Assembly: GCA_951406725.2 (NCBI GenBank)
Contig: OX597825.1
Location: 57,412,001-57,476,000 of the forward strand
Source: Octopus vulgaris
Lineage: Eukaryota
Length of the DNA stretch: 64,000 bases
Reading direction: 5' to 3'
Part shown: in pieces, positions 40,626 to 54,109 of the stretch
Position numbering within the stretch: the stretch's first letter is position 1
Layout of the letters: each line of letters begins with the position of its first letter
The notes under the pieces: model-generated
The model's input: only the letters and a program-made list of their open reading frames with translations
The model's database searches: none
Told to the model about the DNA's origin: nothing
Made by a program: the position numbers and the translations under genes

Positions 40626-41182
40626 GTTTATATACATCATCACCAGAGAGAAAATACAAACATTCACTTCTACTCAAATGATGTGACACAGTATAAATAA
40701 TTATCTCTAATTTCAATGGTGTTAAGCAGATGCGAGACAGACATTCCCATAGGTAGTATAGGAGGAATTAATACTCTTATTTCTGATATTTCCAACTCTA
40801 TAGAAGGTAATAACACAAGACATTTTAAAGTGATACCCAATTTGCCTAATATACCACTCATGAAACAAAAGATAAGCCATGGCACTTTAAAAGCAATTAT
40901 GAAACTTTTACATGTTTTCAATACCATTCCACTACTTCTGCCAAATTGCAACCCTAAATGCAAAGAAGAATATGCTTAATGTCTTTATATGTTTGCAAGG
41001 AAAGGATATCTCTGTTTATGATATGTAGGCCAAGATACTAAAATTTAACCCTTTTGAGACTAATCTGTCTGTGACCAACCCTGGTTCTATGGTACAAACT
41101 TTCTGTTTTACCATTTTGATACCAAGTTGCCTGAGACTGATCCTGGTTTCACAATACAAACTTCTTGCTTCAAAGATATTTA

Positions 41183-41519
41183 CTGTATTTAATGGCCTAT
41201 AAGATGCACGAATGCATAAGATGCACCCTAGTCTAGGCTATACTTTTGTAAAATAAATTACCACTGAAATAATGTTTTAAATTCTCCACTTACCTGTATA
41301 ACTTTGTTATTACCGGTAATTATAAGCAATTTATTGCATCCACATTCGATATAAACATATCATAGATGATTGTTCACCAACAGATGGCAGCACACGTTTT
41401 GTAAACATACATACTGTTTTGAGCAAGTTTTGAGCCTACATTGAGTGCATTGGACATAGGGGGATTTTAAAAGCCACTTTTGGGTTAAAAAGGTGTGTCT
41501 TATAGGCCATCAAATATGG
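41183..41519. mobile_element. Tc1/pogo-type MITE, TA TSD
   Basis: ta|ctgtatttaatggcctataaga ... tcttataggccatcaaatatgg|ta. Confidence 0.75.
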
Positions 41520-41794
41520 TAATTAAAACCTCCCATCAAAATTCTGTGTTAATTTATGTTCCAAAGACCAAATTATTTTGCTAAATTCTTCATTTGTTTC
41601 ATAATGAATTGAAAGAAAGACAATGTATTTCAACAAAATTATGGCAATGAAAGTGTTAAAAAATAACTCTATTCTCTTTGTACTCTTAGTTTTAAGTAAA
41701 CAAACTGTTGTTTGCTCCCCCACCATCATCCTCCACTACACCATGTCACATTATTTTTATTATTTTTAATATCTTTTTTCTATTTCTTTTTCAG

Positions 41795-42006
41795 ATAATC
41801 AAGAATTGTTTTGTATTAGAAAGATGCATGATATTGTATTTGTTCCAATTGGTTATCTGACCAAAACTGTTGCATGGAAGAAATGGTTGCACCATGTAGT
41901 GAAAAAGTTGCGAAACTGGGAGTTGAAAGAAGGTGCTATAGTCTGTAAGAACGGCAATGTGATTGCTGCTTCTCAACAATTTCATATCAACATGAATGAA
42001 TTTAAG
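41795..42006 (+). CDS. Divergent profilin-like protein, exon encoding the N-terminal half of the domain
   Basis: Acceptor tttctttttcAG, donor AAG|GTAAGA. AWKKWLHHVVKKLRNWELKEGAIVCKNGNVIAASQQFHINMNEFK fits the profilin pattern W-x2-Y...aAI.g.dG.vwA.S..F.i...E. In-frame ATG at 41824. Confidence 0.75.
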
Positions 42007-42577
42007 GTAAGACTTTTGTTATGGTGACAATATAAATCTCATATAATCAAAAGAAATTTAAGGATATCAATATAACTCTTATATAATCAATATAAGCTTT
42101 ATAAGGTGGTGGTGATGGCGGAGGCAGTTTCTTATCTAACTGAGCCAAGGAAATTATGTTTCTTTTAGTTTTTAAAATTACTGATATCTGCTGGTTGCAA
42201 AGGGCTGGGAAAGGTGCCTTGCCTAGCCTTGTAACAGTTGATAAATGGTTTCCATTTTATGTTGAAAACCATTTCCATCTCTTATAGTATTGAATGTTCT
42301 GAACAAAAGCGTGAATGAAACAATTTGTCAATTTAATATGAACTACCATTATGTAACATACTGCTAGTCAACAGAAACTATTATTATTAAGAATGACCCA
42401 AGAATAGTCAAGAAGGAAGGTGAAAAGATAGATAGATACAACCCTCTTAACTACGAAATAGCCTGGCTATGGAAAATGAAGAAGGTGAAGATAGTGTCAA
42501 TTATTATTTGGTCCTTGGGAACAGTATCAGAAGGCATCAAGAGGAATATAAAGGAAATTGGAAATAGCTATCATATA

Positions 42578-42865
42578 CATTGTTTTGTCTTGGTATAAAA
42601 GATGGGCTACAGCAAATATTCTGCTCAATACCACAGATTTGCTTGTTAGCTGCTTGACCATAACCAGTTGACCAGGTCCTTTAGTGGTCTATGATATGTG
42701 CATCTCTGATCACGAGCAGAAGTAGTGGGGGAGCATCATAGCCATGGGTTGAGAGGAATTCTTTGGAGTTTGGATAATTCACCCTTAGAAACATGGGTGT
42801 TTCATTCAACATCCTTAAACAACCCTTATTCAAGGACCTTTTGAGTGGGATGGGCTTCGCAACCT
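42578..42865. repeat. Probable interspersed repeat (unclassified) in intron
   Basis: GC-richer block resembling a common octopus repeat from memory; single copy in this window. Confidence 0.35.
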
Positions 42866-43477
42866 AAAAATGACTAATCTATTCCCCTCAAAATTTCTAG
42901 CCTCATACCAAAATTTGAGACAATTATAATTATTAAGAATTGATGGTGAGCATAGAATGGAATACTTTGCAATATTTAATTGTATAACCTTATTTTCTGA
43001 GTTCAAATCCTTCTGAGGAATCAGGGATCACCACTCTGAGCAGTAAAGGAACTCTGTAAAATTGGAATAATTTCCATCACATTTTGATTATAATTTGGGA
43101 TATAATTCTCGAGTAGAAAGTGAACCTGTGTTGCAGAATTAGTTTATTTGGAAGTGTGTTTCTGTTCTATTGACAACACATACACACACACATGCATGCA
43201 CACACATGCACACACACATACACACACATACATACACACAGATTCTTACACATGCGCAGTTATCTGCCCTCCTTATATCTGCAAGTATGATCTTGTTTAT
43301 ACAAAAAGACAAACACTTTAATATTTATATTTTTATTTCCATCCCCACCAAAAAATAAACATTGAATGAAAAAAACACACACACATACCAAAAAAGAACT
43401 TTTTTAAATATACAAAAATAAAATTAATTAAAAATTTCAAGCTATTTATATTTTTTGTTTATTTGTTTTTATTTTAG

Positions 43478-43717
43478 GAAATAATTTGCTGTTTTGTTTA
43501 TCAAGATGTTGAGATGGTTTCGCTAATGGGAATTACATATTGCATAAAAAGTATTTCTGATTCTCAGCTAATTGCATTCAATGGCAAACATTATTTGATT
43601 GTCAGTCAAACAGAATCAATGTTTATATTCTTTAAATGTACCACAAAATTAAAAAGTATTTTAGTAGCAGACTGGTTGAAGAAAACAGCACAGAAAATTC
43701 AAGAAAGACATTACTAG
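43478..43717 (+). CDS. Divergent profilin-like protein, terminal coding exon
   Basis: Acceptor tttttattttAG, phase 0 continuing EFK|EIICC. VSLMGITYCIKSISDSQLIAFNGKHYLIVSQTESMFIF...ADWLKKTAQKIQERHY* fits the profilin beta-sheet and C-terminal helix ending in Tyr. 140 aa if started at ATG 41824. Confidence 0.75.
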   Translation, partial: EIICCFVYQDVEMVSLMGITYCIKSISDSQLIAFNGKHYLIVSQTESMFIFFKCTTKLKSILVADWLKKTAQKIQERHY

Positions 43718-44090
43718 ATTGTTGTGGTCAGTACATAAAATAGTCCATTCAAGAATCTTAAAGTGTACTACAAGATATAAAAGTACTTTAGTAGCAGACT
43801 GGTTGAAGAAAATGGCACAGAACGTTAAAAAAGACACTACTAGATTGTTGTGGTCAATAGATGGTTTCTGTTTAAAACAACCGTTCAGGAATTTTAAAGA
43901 GTTTCACAAGAGATAAAAGTATTTTAGTAGCAGACTGGTTGAAGAAAGCAGCACAGAACATTCAAGAAAAACACTGCTATATTGTTGTGGTAAAAAGATG
44001 ATTTCTATTTAAAATGGTCCTTTCAACAATCTTAAAGTATACTGCAAGATTTAAAAGTCTTTTGGTGACAAGTTGGTAAAGAAAACTGTT
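43625..44090 (+). repeat. ~130-bp tandem repeat (about 3.5 copies) spanning the stop codon
   Basis: aaagtattttagtagcagactggttgaagaaa recurs at about 43653, 43781, 43916 and (degenerate) 44053. Confidence 0.9.
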
Positions 44091-46577
44091 AAGACATGAG
44101 AATCTTCAGTAATAATGCTACAGAATGGCTTTACTTCCAAGAACCTTTGATTCTACTGCAAAATGACAAAAAAAAATATTTTGGTTATAATCATGTGAAA
44201 AAGGAATCGTTAGGAAATATACTACAAGATGTGTAGTGATGAATTCTCTTGCACAAAGATTCTCTCCAGAATCTCCAAATAGACCATAATATTGACAACA
44301 AACTTTTCAAGGAAAATTGCCATGGAACTTTAGAAAGTCACAATAAGACTTATTATATTCAGCCTGTATTTACCTTTTTAAAAAGATTCTTTCTGAAATA
44401 GTCATGGTTTGACTGAAAATGAGAAAAATTTTCACCGAGCCTGACTGACTTGGATTAAGTCCTGAAGTATTTCATCCATATCTGGTTCACTTTGGAATAG
44501 TCAAGAGATTAGACATGATCCCAGTGTAAGTACTTCCATCATGCTCCAATATCATGGAAATACTTGAAGATAACATTGTAAGCTGATGTAACACACACTG
44601 ATTTTACAGTGCTCCTGCTGCCTTCTTGGTTGCTTCTTAAGAGCTGAGAAATATAAGCTTTTAATCTGTGTGTTTTGTTGGGTGGGGGGCATTATTGTAC
44701 ACTACCCTTCATATGAAACCTATTATCAGAATCAGTCATGATCCAACATCAAAGTTGGCTGCAATGATTGAAGATTTAGTGGGTGGGAGATTTTGGTCAG
44801 AAATTCCTGATTCCTGTCTGCAAGATCACAGGAAGGATACAATTTAGTACTGTAAGGTAAGAAAGACCTCATTAATTTTACAGTGCTCTCACTGTTTACA
44901 ACTGCTGTGTTTTCAGATGTATCTATGACTAATAGATCAATAGAAATGTTTACAGCTGAATATTCACTGAGGTTAGCATTGAATTTGTCACCGAGCGTTC
45001 AAATCCACATTAAGTTCATATTACTCTACAACTCTCTCCTGTGTTGATAAACATACTATGTAACAGAAATATATTGCTTATGGACAAATTGAATGTTACA
45101 ATGTAAATAGTTTGGAATCTGACCTCTGAAATTTCAAATCCCAATGTTGTTAAAATACATGCACCAGTAATACACTAGGGGTAGACCCAGGTAACAGTAT
45201 GATAGTGAGGCCAGGCCATATATATACATATCTACTGTAGTTGAATATCAACCATTAATTATATGTATCAGTGATATTCTGGGGATACATCCAGATAAAT
45301 GCATTCCCCTCTATACACCAGTAATATACTGGGGTTGACTTAAGTATCTATACTTCCATTCATGTTACAGTTTGATGGAGATTCCAGGCCATAGTTATAC
45401 TGTACATCATTGTAGTCATTATTTTAATTGAATTGTATGGTAGGGGTTAAAACCCCATTATCATCATTATGGTCACTATTATTGTTGTTGTTGTCGTCAT
45501 CATCCACATCCTCCTCCTCATCATTACTACCACTACCACTGGCATCATAACCATCATCCTCATCATCATCCTTATTACCGCCCCCTCATCATCACCATCA
45601 TCATCATCTTCATTGTCATCATCATCATCGTCGTCGTTGTCGTCATCATCGTCATCATCATCATCGCCATCATCTTGTCAATGTCTCCTCCACCACCTTT
45701 TCCTCATCAGTCTTTTCAGTCTCTGAGACACTACAAAAAAAAAAAAGTCATGAATGGTTTCCTCTTCATTCTTTGACAAGATTTTTTTTTAAATGTGGAA
45801 ATATTCAAACATGTTCACTCTATTGTCTACAATAAAACCTTGAATGATTTTTGTTGTTTCAGTAATAGTTCAAGGGTTTTAAAGCTCATCTATGTCTATG
45901 CTGTGATAAATAAAATATTATTTTATATCAAAATGAGTTAATGTTTGTCTCTTTCTACTGGAAAAAAAGGTGTACATGGGCCTATGTATGCAGTCATGTG
46001 CATGCATGTGTGTGTCTGTGTGTGTATTTGTGTTTATATTATTTTTGTCCCCCACTACTGTTTGACAACTGTAGTTGGTTTGTCTGTATCCCCATAACAT
46101 AGTGGTTTGAGAAAAGAGACCAACAGCAGACTTCAAAAAAAAAATGCAAGTACTAAAGTTGATTTGTTCAATTAAAACCCTTTAAGGTGGTGTCCTAGCA
46201 TGGCCACAGTCCAATGACTAACTAAAACAAGCAAAAGATAAATGATAGATACATACATACATACATACATATATGTATATATATATACATACATACATAC
46301 ATACATATATAGCCACTGGATTTAGTTAAAAAGAGACGATGAGCGATGGCTAGAAGTATATTGAGTTCTTCATAACCAGCTGATCTAGCAAGCGGGGCCT
46401 CATATCAGTGAGGGGGGCCGGTGTGCATTGATGCCGTCGAGAGGTAGGCCCCAAAATGGCGCGCATTCTCTCCTGATGACCCCATACACTTGCTAGCTTC
46501 CGGTATACGGAGCTTTTAACTGGTAGCACTTGCATGTGCAAGTTGTTTGCAAGACATTATATATATATATATATGTA

Positions 46578-46978
46578 GGCACTGGAGTGGCTGTGTGGTA
46601 AGATGCTTGCTTCCCAACCATGTGGTCCTGGGTTCAGTCCCACTGTATGGCACCTTGGGCAAGTGTTGTCTACTATAACCTCGGGCCAACCAAAATCTTG
46701 TGAGTGGATTTGGTAGATGGAAACTGAAAGAAGCCCATCATATGTAGTATGTATATATGTATGTGTGTGTTTTGTGTGTGGGTTTGTTACCACCACCATC
46801 ACTTAACAACCGATGTTGGTGTATGACCCCCATAACTTGGCAGTTCAGCAAAAGAGACTGATAGAATAAGTACCAGATCTACAAAGAATAAATCCTGGGG
46901 TTGATTTCTTCAACTAAAAGAGAGTGCTCCAGCATGGCCCCAGTCAAATGATTGAAACAAGTAAAAGAATAAAAGAAT
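46578..46978 (+). mobile_element. SINE family A
   Basis: Full-length match. Confidence 0.9.
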
Positions 46979-46987
46979 ATATACATA

Positions 46988-49211
46988 CAGTATCTCACAG
47001 AAGTATGTACATCCCCCAAAAATTTCAGTAAAGTTGCTATTACTTTGATAATATTGAAGGAAATCAAACGAAATTTATACTGAATAAAATATATTCTTTT
47101 CTACTCTAGGCACAAGGTCTGAAATTTTTGGGGAGATCAACCCAGTATGCAACTGGTACTTAATTTATTGACCTTGAAAGTATGAAAGGCTAAGTCAACC
47201 TTGGCGGTATTTGAACATCAAGGCAGACGGAATACCTTTAAGCAATTTGCCCGGCATGCTAATGTTTTGCCAGCTTGCTGCCTTACTGAATAAGATATAT
47301 TATACATGCAAACATTATACAAATTTGGAACACAAAACAATAAACATTTTCAAAGATATAAATGAAATATTAATTTTCAAATTATACAAAAATATGTACA
47401 CCCTAAAGGATTATTTGCTATATTCAATATTTGGTGTGACCGCCCTTGCTTTCAATGATTGCATTAAGTCTTCTGGGCATAGAGTTGACTAAATTTCCAC
47501 ATATAACTGATGATATTCACCTCCATTCATCTTGAATGATGTCTTTCAACTGTGTTACATTGCAGGCTTTTTTTCTCCTTAACCTTCCTTTTCAAAACTC
47601 CCCACAGATGTTCATATGGGTTTAAATCAGGTGTCATGGCAGGCCAAGGCAATACCTTTACCTTTTTATCTGATAAAAATTAAGTTGTCATTTTTGAAGT
47701 GTGTTTAGAGTCATTATCATAATGGAACATGGAATGCCTTCCTAGTTCCTTGATGCTTTTCCACATTTTTTGGAATATGTCACAATAAAGCTTTGAATCT
47801 ACTGTTCTCTCAATGAATGTGAGTCCTCCTATGCCAGCCACACTTGGTGGTGGAAGCATGACACTTCCACCACCATGTTTCATGGTATGCACGGTGCATT
47901 TGTCACTATTATCTTCACTTGGTCACCACCATACTCGTTTAATACTTATTTCTTTACTACCCACAAGGGGCTAAACACAGAGAGGACAAACAAGGACAGG
48001 TAAATGGATTAAGTCGATTATATCGACCCCAGTGCGTAACTGGTACTTATTTAATCGACCCCGAAAGGATGAAAGGCAAAGTCGACCTCGGCAGAATTTG
48101 AACTCAGAACGTAGTGGCAGACGAAATACCGCTAAGCATTTCACCCGGCGTGCTAACGTTTCTGCCAGCTCGCTGCCTTTCAATACCATCTGACTTAAAC
48201 AAGTTGATTTTAGTTTTGTCAGAAGAAAGAATTTTATTCCAAAACTCCTTCTCCTTACTCACATAGGTTTTGGTAAAAGAAAGGCAACTTGATTTATACC
48301 TGGTAGTGAGGAGAGGCTTCCTACGAGGAATGTATCTATGAAGACCACACTGGTTCAAACATCAAACTGTTTGGGTTCAAACTGTATGGGCAGATACACT
48401 CTTTCTACTAACAGAAGAAACTTTGTGGGCCAAAGATGAAGCAGTACTATGCCTGTTGTCCATCACACAACGTTGGATGTGGTGAATATCATGTGCAGTT
48501 AAAATAGAAGATCGTTCTGGATGATGTTTATTGCTTAGCCATCCAGTAGCTTTGTACTTCTGAATTACTTTGGCAACTGTGTTTACGCTAATATGTAATC
48601 ATTTGGTAATTAACATCATCATCATCATTTAACATCCATGTTCCACGCTAGCATGGGTGGGATTGTACCACAAAAGCTGGCCAATCTGAAGCCTGCACCA
48701 GACTTCTGTACTGTTTTGACAGAATTTTTACAGCTGCATGTCCTTCCTAACGCCAACCATTCATTCTTGTGCAAATTAAAAAATAATTTTCTTCAAATTT
48801 TCAGACAATTCTTTCCCTTTGGTGCTATTTTAATCACAGTTAAGAAGATTTTCACCACAATACACAAATCAGAATTCCTGCAGATGCAATAACAATGATT
48901 GATGCAAAAATGCCAGGAGAAATTATTTATTAGAATTGAAATTATCAGCAATATCTGAACTTAGTAAAAAAAAGATGAAATATTGAATATAGCAAATTTC
49001 CTTTAGGGTGTACATATTTTTGTAACATTTGAAAATTGATATTTCATCCAAATCTTTGAAAATGTTTATTGTTTTGTGTTCTGAATTAGGATAATGTTTG
49101 CATGTTTACATTTTATTCAGTATAAATTTCATTTGATTTCTTTCGATTATTATCAGAGTAATAGCAATTTTACTGAAATTCTTTAAGGCTGTACATACTT
49201 CTGTGAGATTC

Positions 49212-49213
<2 letters not shown>
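46988..49213 (-). mobile_element. Tc1-like DNA transposon with long TIRs, decayed, with nested SINEs
   Basis: TIR cagtatctcacagaagtatgtaca / tgtacatacttctgtgagattctg; transposase motifs RRKPLL, WNKILSSDKTKINLF, KHGGGSVM, DNDSKHT, WPAMTPDLNP; SINE B at 47095-47283 and 47946-48178; RTE tail at about 48613-48760. Confidence 0.9.
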
Positions 49214-49272
<59 letters not shown>

Positions 49273-49426
49273 TTATTAATAAGCAATTAGTAATCCAGAC
49301 AAAATACTTAAGCTCTCTGCAGATACAAATACACCAGGTTAACAAAAGGTCTTGTGACTGGTATTGAACTCCAGGCATATGCATACTCACACACACACGT
49401 GTGTGTGTGTATATATATATATATGT

Positions 49427-49808
49427 ATCCAAAAGTTAAGAATGGAGTAGATAAAATCTGAGTTACATATGTTTCATAGTGAGCAGAACCTCAGAAGTAG
49501 TGAATATCCAAGTGAATTGTATACCGCAAGCTACACTTCAGGCCAAGGGTATCTTGATCACATGAAGTTTATTTTGTCATTAGGAAGCCCATGTTAACAC
49601 AGAGGATTTGATTAGAATGCATTCTGATCAAATCCTCTGTGTGTTAACATGGACCTCCTAATGACAAAATAAACTTCATGTAATCAAGATACCCATGGCC
49701 TGAAGAGTAGCCTGCTTTGCTTAGGTATTTACTAATTCCAAGGTTCCACTCACTATGAAAACATATGTAGCCTGGATTTTATCTAGCTTCATTCCTAAAC
49801 TTTTGGAT
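49427..49808. repeat. ~380-bp spacerless palindrome carrying two divergent hammerhead motifs
   Basis: Centre agaatg|cattct at 49619/49620; arms are reverse complements with scattered mismatches. Confidence 0.9.
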
Positions 49809-50035
49809 TTTTATTTACATACTCAGCAACCCTGGTTGCCAGCCATGAATTTTAACATAATTTTTTTCAGCTTATGCATTGATATGGGGAAAATTCACAA
49901 TTTTCCACACCACTAAATCCCTATTGTTCTTGAAAGTTGCTTTTTATATTTTCTACAGATTGCTTGAAGCTAACTTTCTTCCTACACCTCGATCCTTAGA
50001 TCTTATCTTTATACACACACAAACACACACACACA

Positions 50036-50123
<88 letters not shown>

Positions 50124-50534
50124 CATGGGTAAGTGAACAAATAAAAGAAAGAGGCACTCAACAGATTCAGTAGGAGTTACAAATATTATTTAAAGCAGTT
50201 TGCTTTGACTCCATGAAACTTAAAGTTTCTTAGGCTCCTTATAAAAACAAAGCTTGTCAAGTTTAGGTAGCCAAATCTGAGCCTAGCAATGGAGCTTGGT
50301 GTAGCCCTTGGCCTTACCAGCTTCTGTGAAACCATTCAACCCATGTCAGCATAGAAACCAGTCATTAAATGATGACGATGATTATATATATATATATAAA
50401 TATGATTATTTATATATATATGTATGTATACCTGAGTAAGCACATAAATGTGAAACAAAGTGGAAAAAAGAGTACTCAAATACCAGAGGTAGAGTAATAT
50501 GCTTTATTTAAAAGCAGCAGAAATATAACAAAAG

Positions 50535-50574
50535 CTGTTACTCAGAGTTTTTCACATTCCCGTTTGTCAGACAG
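50535..50574 (-). ncRNA. Degenerate minimal hammerhead motif
   Basis: Minus: ctgt-CTGACAA-acgggaatgt-GAAAAA-ctctgag-TA-acag; the core carries substitutions and extra A residues. Confidence 0.45.
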
Positions 50575-50589
50575 TTTTGTTAAAATAAA

Positions 50590-50622
<33 letters not shown>

Positions 50623-50625
<3 letters not shown>

Positions 50626-52400
50626 CATGGAGAAAGCCTTTGACAGGTTCCCCTGATCCCTTGTCTGGTGGTCAATGAGGAAACTAGGGACAGATGAATG
50701 GTTAGTGAGAGCTGTGCAAGCCATGTACAGGGACGCTGTCAGTAAGGTGAAGGTTGGTAACGAGTATGGTGAAGAATTCTGGGTAGAGTTGGGGTCCACC
50801 AAGGTTCAGTCCTCAGCCCCCTCCTGTTTACCATAGTCTTCTAGGCAATAACAGAGGAATTCAAGACAAGATGCCCCTAGGAGCTCCTCTATGCTGATGA
50901 CCTAGCTCTAATTGCTGTATCACTATCAGAACTAGAGGAAAAGTTCCAGGTGTGGAAGCAAGGATTAGAATTGAAGGGCCTTAGAGTCAACCTAGCTAAA
51001 ACCAAAGTCCTAATAAGTAGGAAGGCAGACAAACTATAAATCCCTTCTGGTAGATGGCCCTGCTCAATCTGTAGAAAAGGCGTAGGTAGAAACTCTATAA
51101 GATGTACCCAGTGTAAGCTATGGACACATAAGAGGTACAGCAATATCAAAGGAAGGCTAACTGGGAAGATAGTTTTTGTATGTGGCTGATGCTCAGGAGC
51201 AATAAACACTGAAAATGTGCAGAGAACAACTTCTTCCACATTCCAGGGAGAAAAACTAGAAGTAGCTGTTAGCTTCCATTACCTAGGTGACCAAGTCAGT
51301 AGCAGGGGTGGGTGCTCTGAAAGTGTAGCTGCTAGAATAAGAATAGCTTGGGCAAAGCTCAGAGAGCTCCTACCTCTGGTAGTGACAAAGGGCCTCTCGC
51401 TCAGAGTAAAAGGTAGACTGGTTGGCACATGTGTACAAACAGCCATGCTACATGGCAGTGAAACATGGACTGGACTGTGACTGCTGAGGACATGCGTAAG
51501 CTTGCAAGGAATGAAGCCAGTATGCTCCACTGGATGTGTAATGTCAGTGTGCATACTTGACAGAGCGTAAATATCTTGAGAGAAAAGTTGAACCTAAGAA
51601 GCATCAGATGTGGTGTGCAAGAGAGACAACTGCGCTGGTGAGAATGGATGAGGATAGCAGTGTGAAAAAGTGTCACAACCTAGCAGTTGAGGGAACCTAT
51701 GGAAGAGGTAGACCTAGGAAGAGCTGGGACGAGGTGGTGAAGCATGACCTTTGAACATTAGGCCTCACTGAGGCAATGACTAGAGACCAAGACCTTTGGA
51801 AATATGCTGTGCTTGAGAAGACCCGGCAAGCCAAGTGAGACCATAACCTTGTGGCCTATTCCAGGAGTGTAACCAGCCCACTTATGCATACCTTTCCTTC
51901 ATTGGACACTAAACTCTGCTTGCGAAGACCTGTTGAGGCAAGTGAAATAGAGATCAAAATCATATTCGATGACAGCACCACTAGTGGAGCGCTAAGAGCA
52001 CCATCTGAGTGTGATCGTTGCCTGAGCAGCTGACTGGCTTCCGTGCCAGTGGCACATAAAAAGCACCATTCGAGCATGATCGTTACCAGCATTGCCATAT
52101 TGGCACTTGTGCCTGTGGCACATGAAAAAAATATTTGACCAAGGTTTTTGCCAGTGCTGCTGGACTGGATGCTGTGCAGGTGGCATGTAAAAAACACCAT
52201 TTGAGCATGACTGGTCCTCATGCTGATGGCATGTAAAAGCACCCACTACACTCTTGGAGTGCTTGGCATTAGGAAGGGCATCCAGCTGTAGAAACTCTGC
52301 CAGATCAAGACTGGAGCCTGGGGCAGCCATCTGGTTCACCAGTCCTCAGTCAAATCGTCCAACCCATTCCAGCATGGAAAGTGGACGTTAAACGATGATG
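50623..52400 (+). mobile_element. RTE-clade LINE, 5'-truncated
   Basis: DMEKAFDR, HQGSVLSPLLF, LLYADDL, MLHGSETW, GRGRPRKSW, (GAT)n tail. Confidence 0.9.
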
Positions 52401-52799
52401 TGGTTGGGAAGCAAACTTCTTAGCATACAACTATGCTTGTGCCAACATGGGAAATAGATGTTAAAGGATGATGGTGATGATAAAAAGACCCTCTTCAGTC
52501 ATGAATGACCATGGAATTGTCACAAGTTCGGGCAAGTGTGTCTATGGAAGACCAGAAGTTGCCCATGCATACCAGCCTCCCCTCTCATGCCACTGATGTT
52601 ATCCAAGGTAAAGGCCGATACAGCTTGGCACTAGTGACATTATATATATGTTAGCATTAACTTGTTCAATGAATAAAAGCATTAAGTTTATTGTGGAACA
52701 CTACTTAAGATTCAACAAGAATTACATCAAGTTAAGCCAACCTCATGGGAGGGCAAAGTAGAGGGGCTCTGAGACGACAAAAATCCCACAATAAACTAA

Positions 52800-53300
52800 C
52801 AACAATACCACCGCCACTGCTGGTTGCTGCCACCGTTACCACCACCACCACCACCACCACCACCACTACCACAACCAGTGTCACCAACATTTACCACTAC
52901 CATTGATACCAAAGCTAAGAACAATATCAACAACAGAACCACCACCACCACCACCATCACCAACCACCACCACCACCACCACCACCACCACCACCACCAT
53001 CACCACCACCACCACCACCACCACCACCATCACCAACCACCACCACCACCACTGCCACCAACAACAATTATCATGGACACAGCCACCACTAATACCACCA
53101 CATCAATGACAGCACCACCATCACTTCCACTAGCAGCACCTCCATCACCACCATCACCACTAGCAACAGCAGTGACAGCAGTAACAGCTGTGGTGGCAGT
53201 AGCAGCACCATCCCAACCATCACCACCACCACCACCACTACCACCACCACCAACACCAACAACACCAACAAACAACACCAACAACAAAATAACAATAAAA
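52800..53300. repeat. (ACC)n low-complexity tract
   Basis: Directly visible. Confidence 0.9.
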
Positions 53301-54109
53301 TAATGAAAAGGAAAATTTTGTTTCTGAGAAATTATGTTTTTTATTGCTTGTTTTGTTATTTATTAAATTTGTTTTCTTTAAAAAATTTTGTTTTTGCTGG
53401 TCCTTTTTGTTTAATTTAATTGTTTATTTCACTTTTTCTTTTGGAAGGCTTGTTTAAAATGTGACAACAACAACAATTTGGATGGTAACATGTGGTACCC
53501 ATCAGGGAATATCTAAAATGGTCTCTCTCTCCCTCTCTCTCCCTCTATCTCTCTTAGTCTATTTCACTTTCTTACTTTTCACTGCTCCCTCTTTCTACCC
53601 CTTCCCCTCGTAGATCTATAGGATTGCTAAGTTCTATATAAACAAGGTCACAAGAACTGTTTCTCTAAGAGGTAAAAAAGGGGGCATTTATGTACATATG
53701 CACACAAACATATATTTATGCACATATATACACATACATAAATGTACATACATACACGTATATAAACACACACATACATATATTGACACACATTTGTTTC
53801 TCCTCCCACACAAATTTCATCTATAAACACACACACATACACACATTTACAAACTTTGATAAAACCGGATTGACACACACACATACACAGGGTGCAAGGG
53901 GTATTTGGGGATCTTTAATTATCAGTATATTACTCTCTTCAAACCAATTGAAAAGTTTGTATTTCTTTCAGATCCTGGATGGCATATAAAATGCTAACAT
54001 AAGAAATGAAGACATAGTTACTGTTACCTTATGTGTGGAACACAGCAATTTAGGAATTGCTAACTTTTAGAATGCTGCAATATCTTTTGTACACAAAATT
54101 TAGAAACAT

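Noticed and set aside
40670-40979. Overlapping 87-aa and 97-aa ORFs upstream of the profilin exon
   Set aside because: No recognisable domain and no phase-compatible splice sites found.
44713-44917. Short ORF followed by a strong AAG|GTAAGA donor and a nearby acceptor
   Set aside because: The ORF stops before the donor and has no recognisable homology; a UTR splice is possible but unsupported.
52824-53303. Pro/His/Thr-rich 159-aa ORF
   Set aside because: (ACC)n low-complexity DNA open in several frames, with no convincing splice context.
53956-54100. Acceptor-like ttctttcAG followed by ILDGI
   Set aside because: The phase-0 frame stops after five codons; not supportable as a coding exon.
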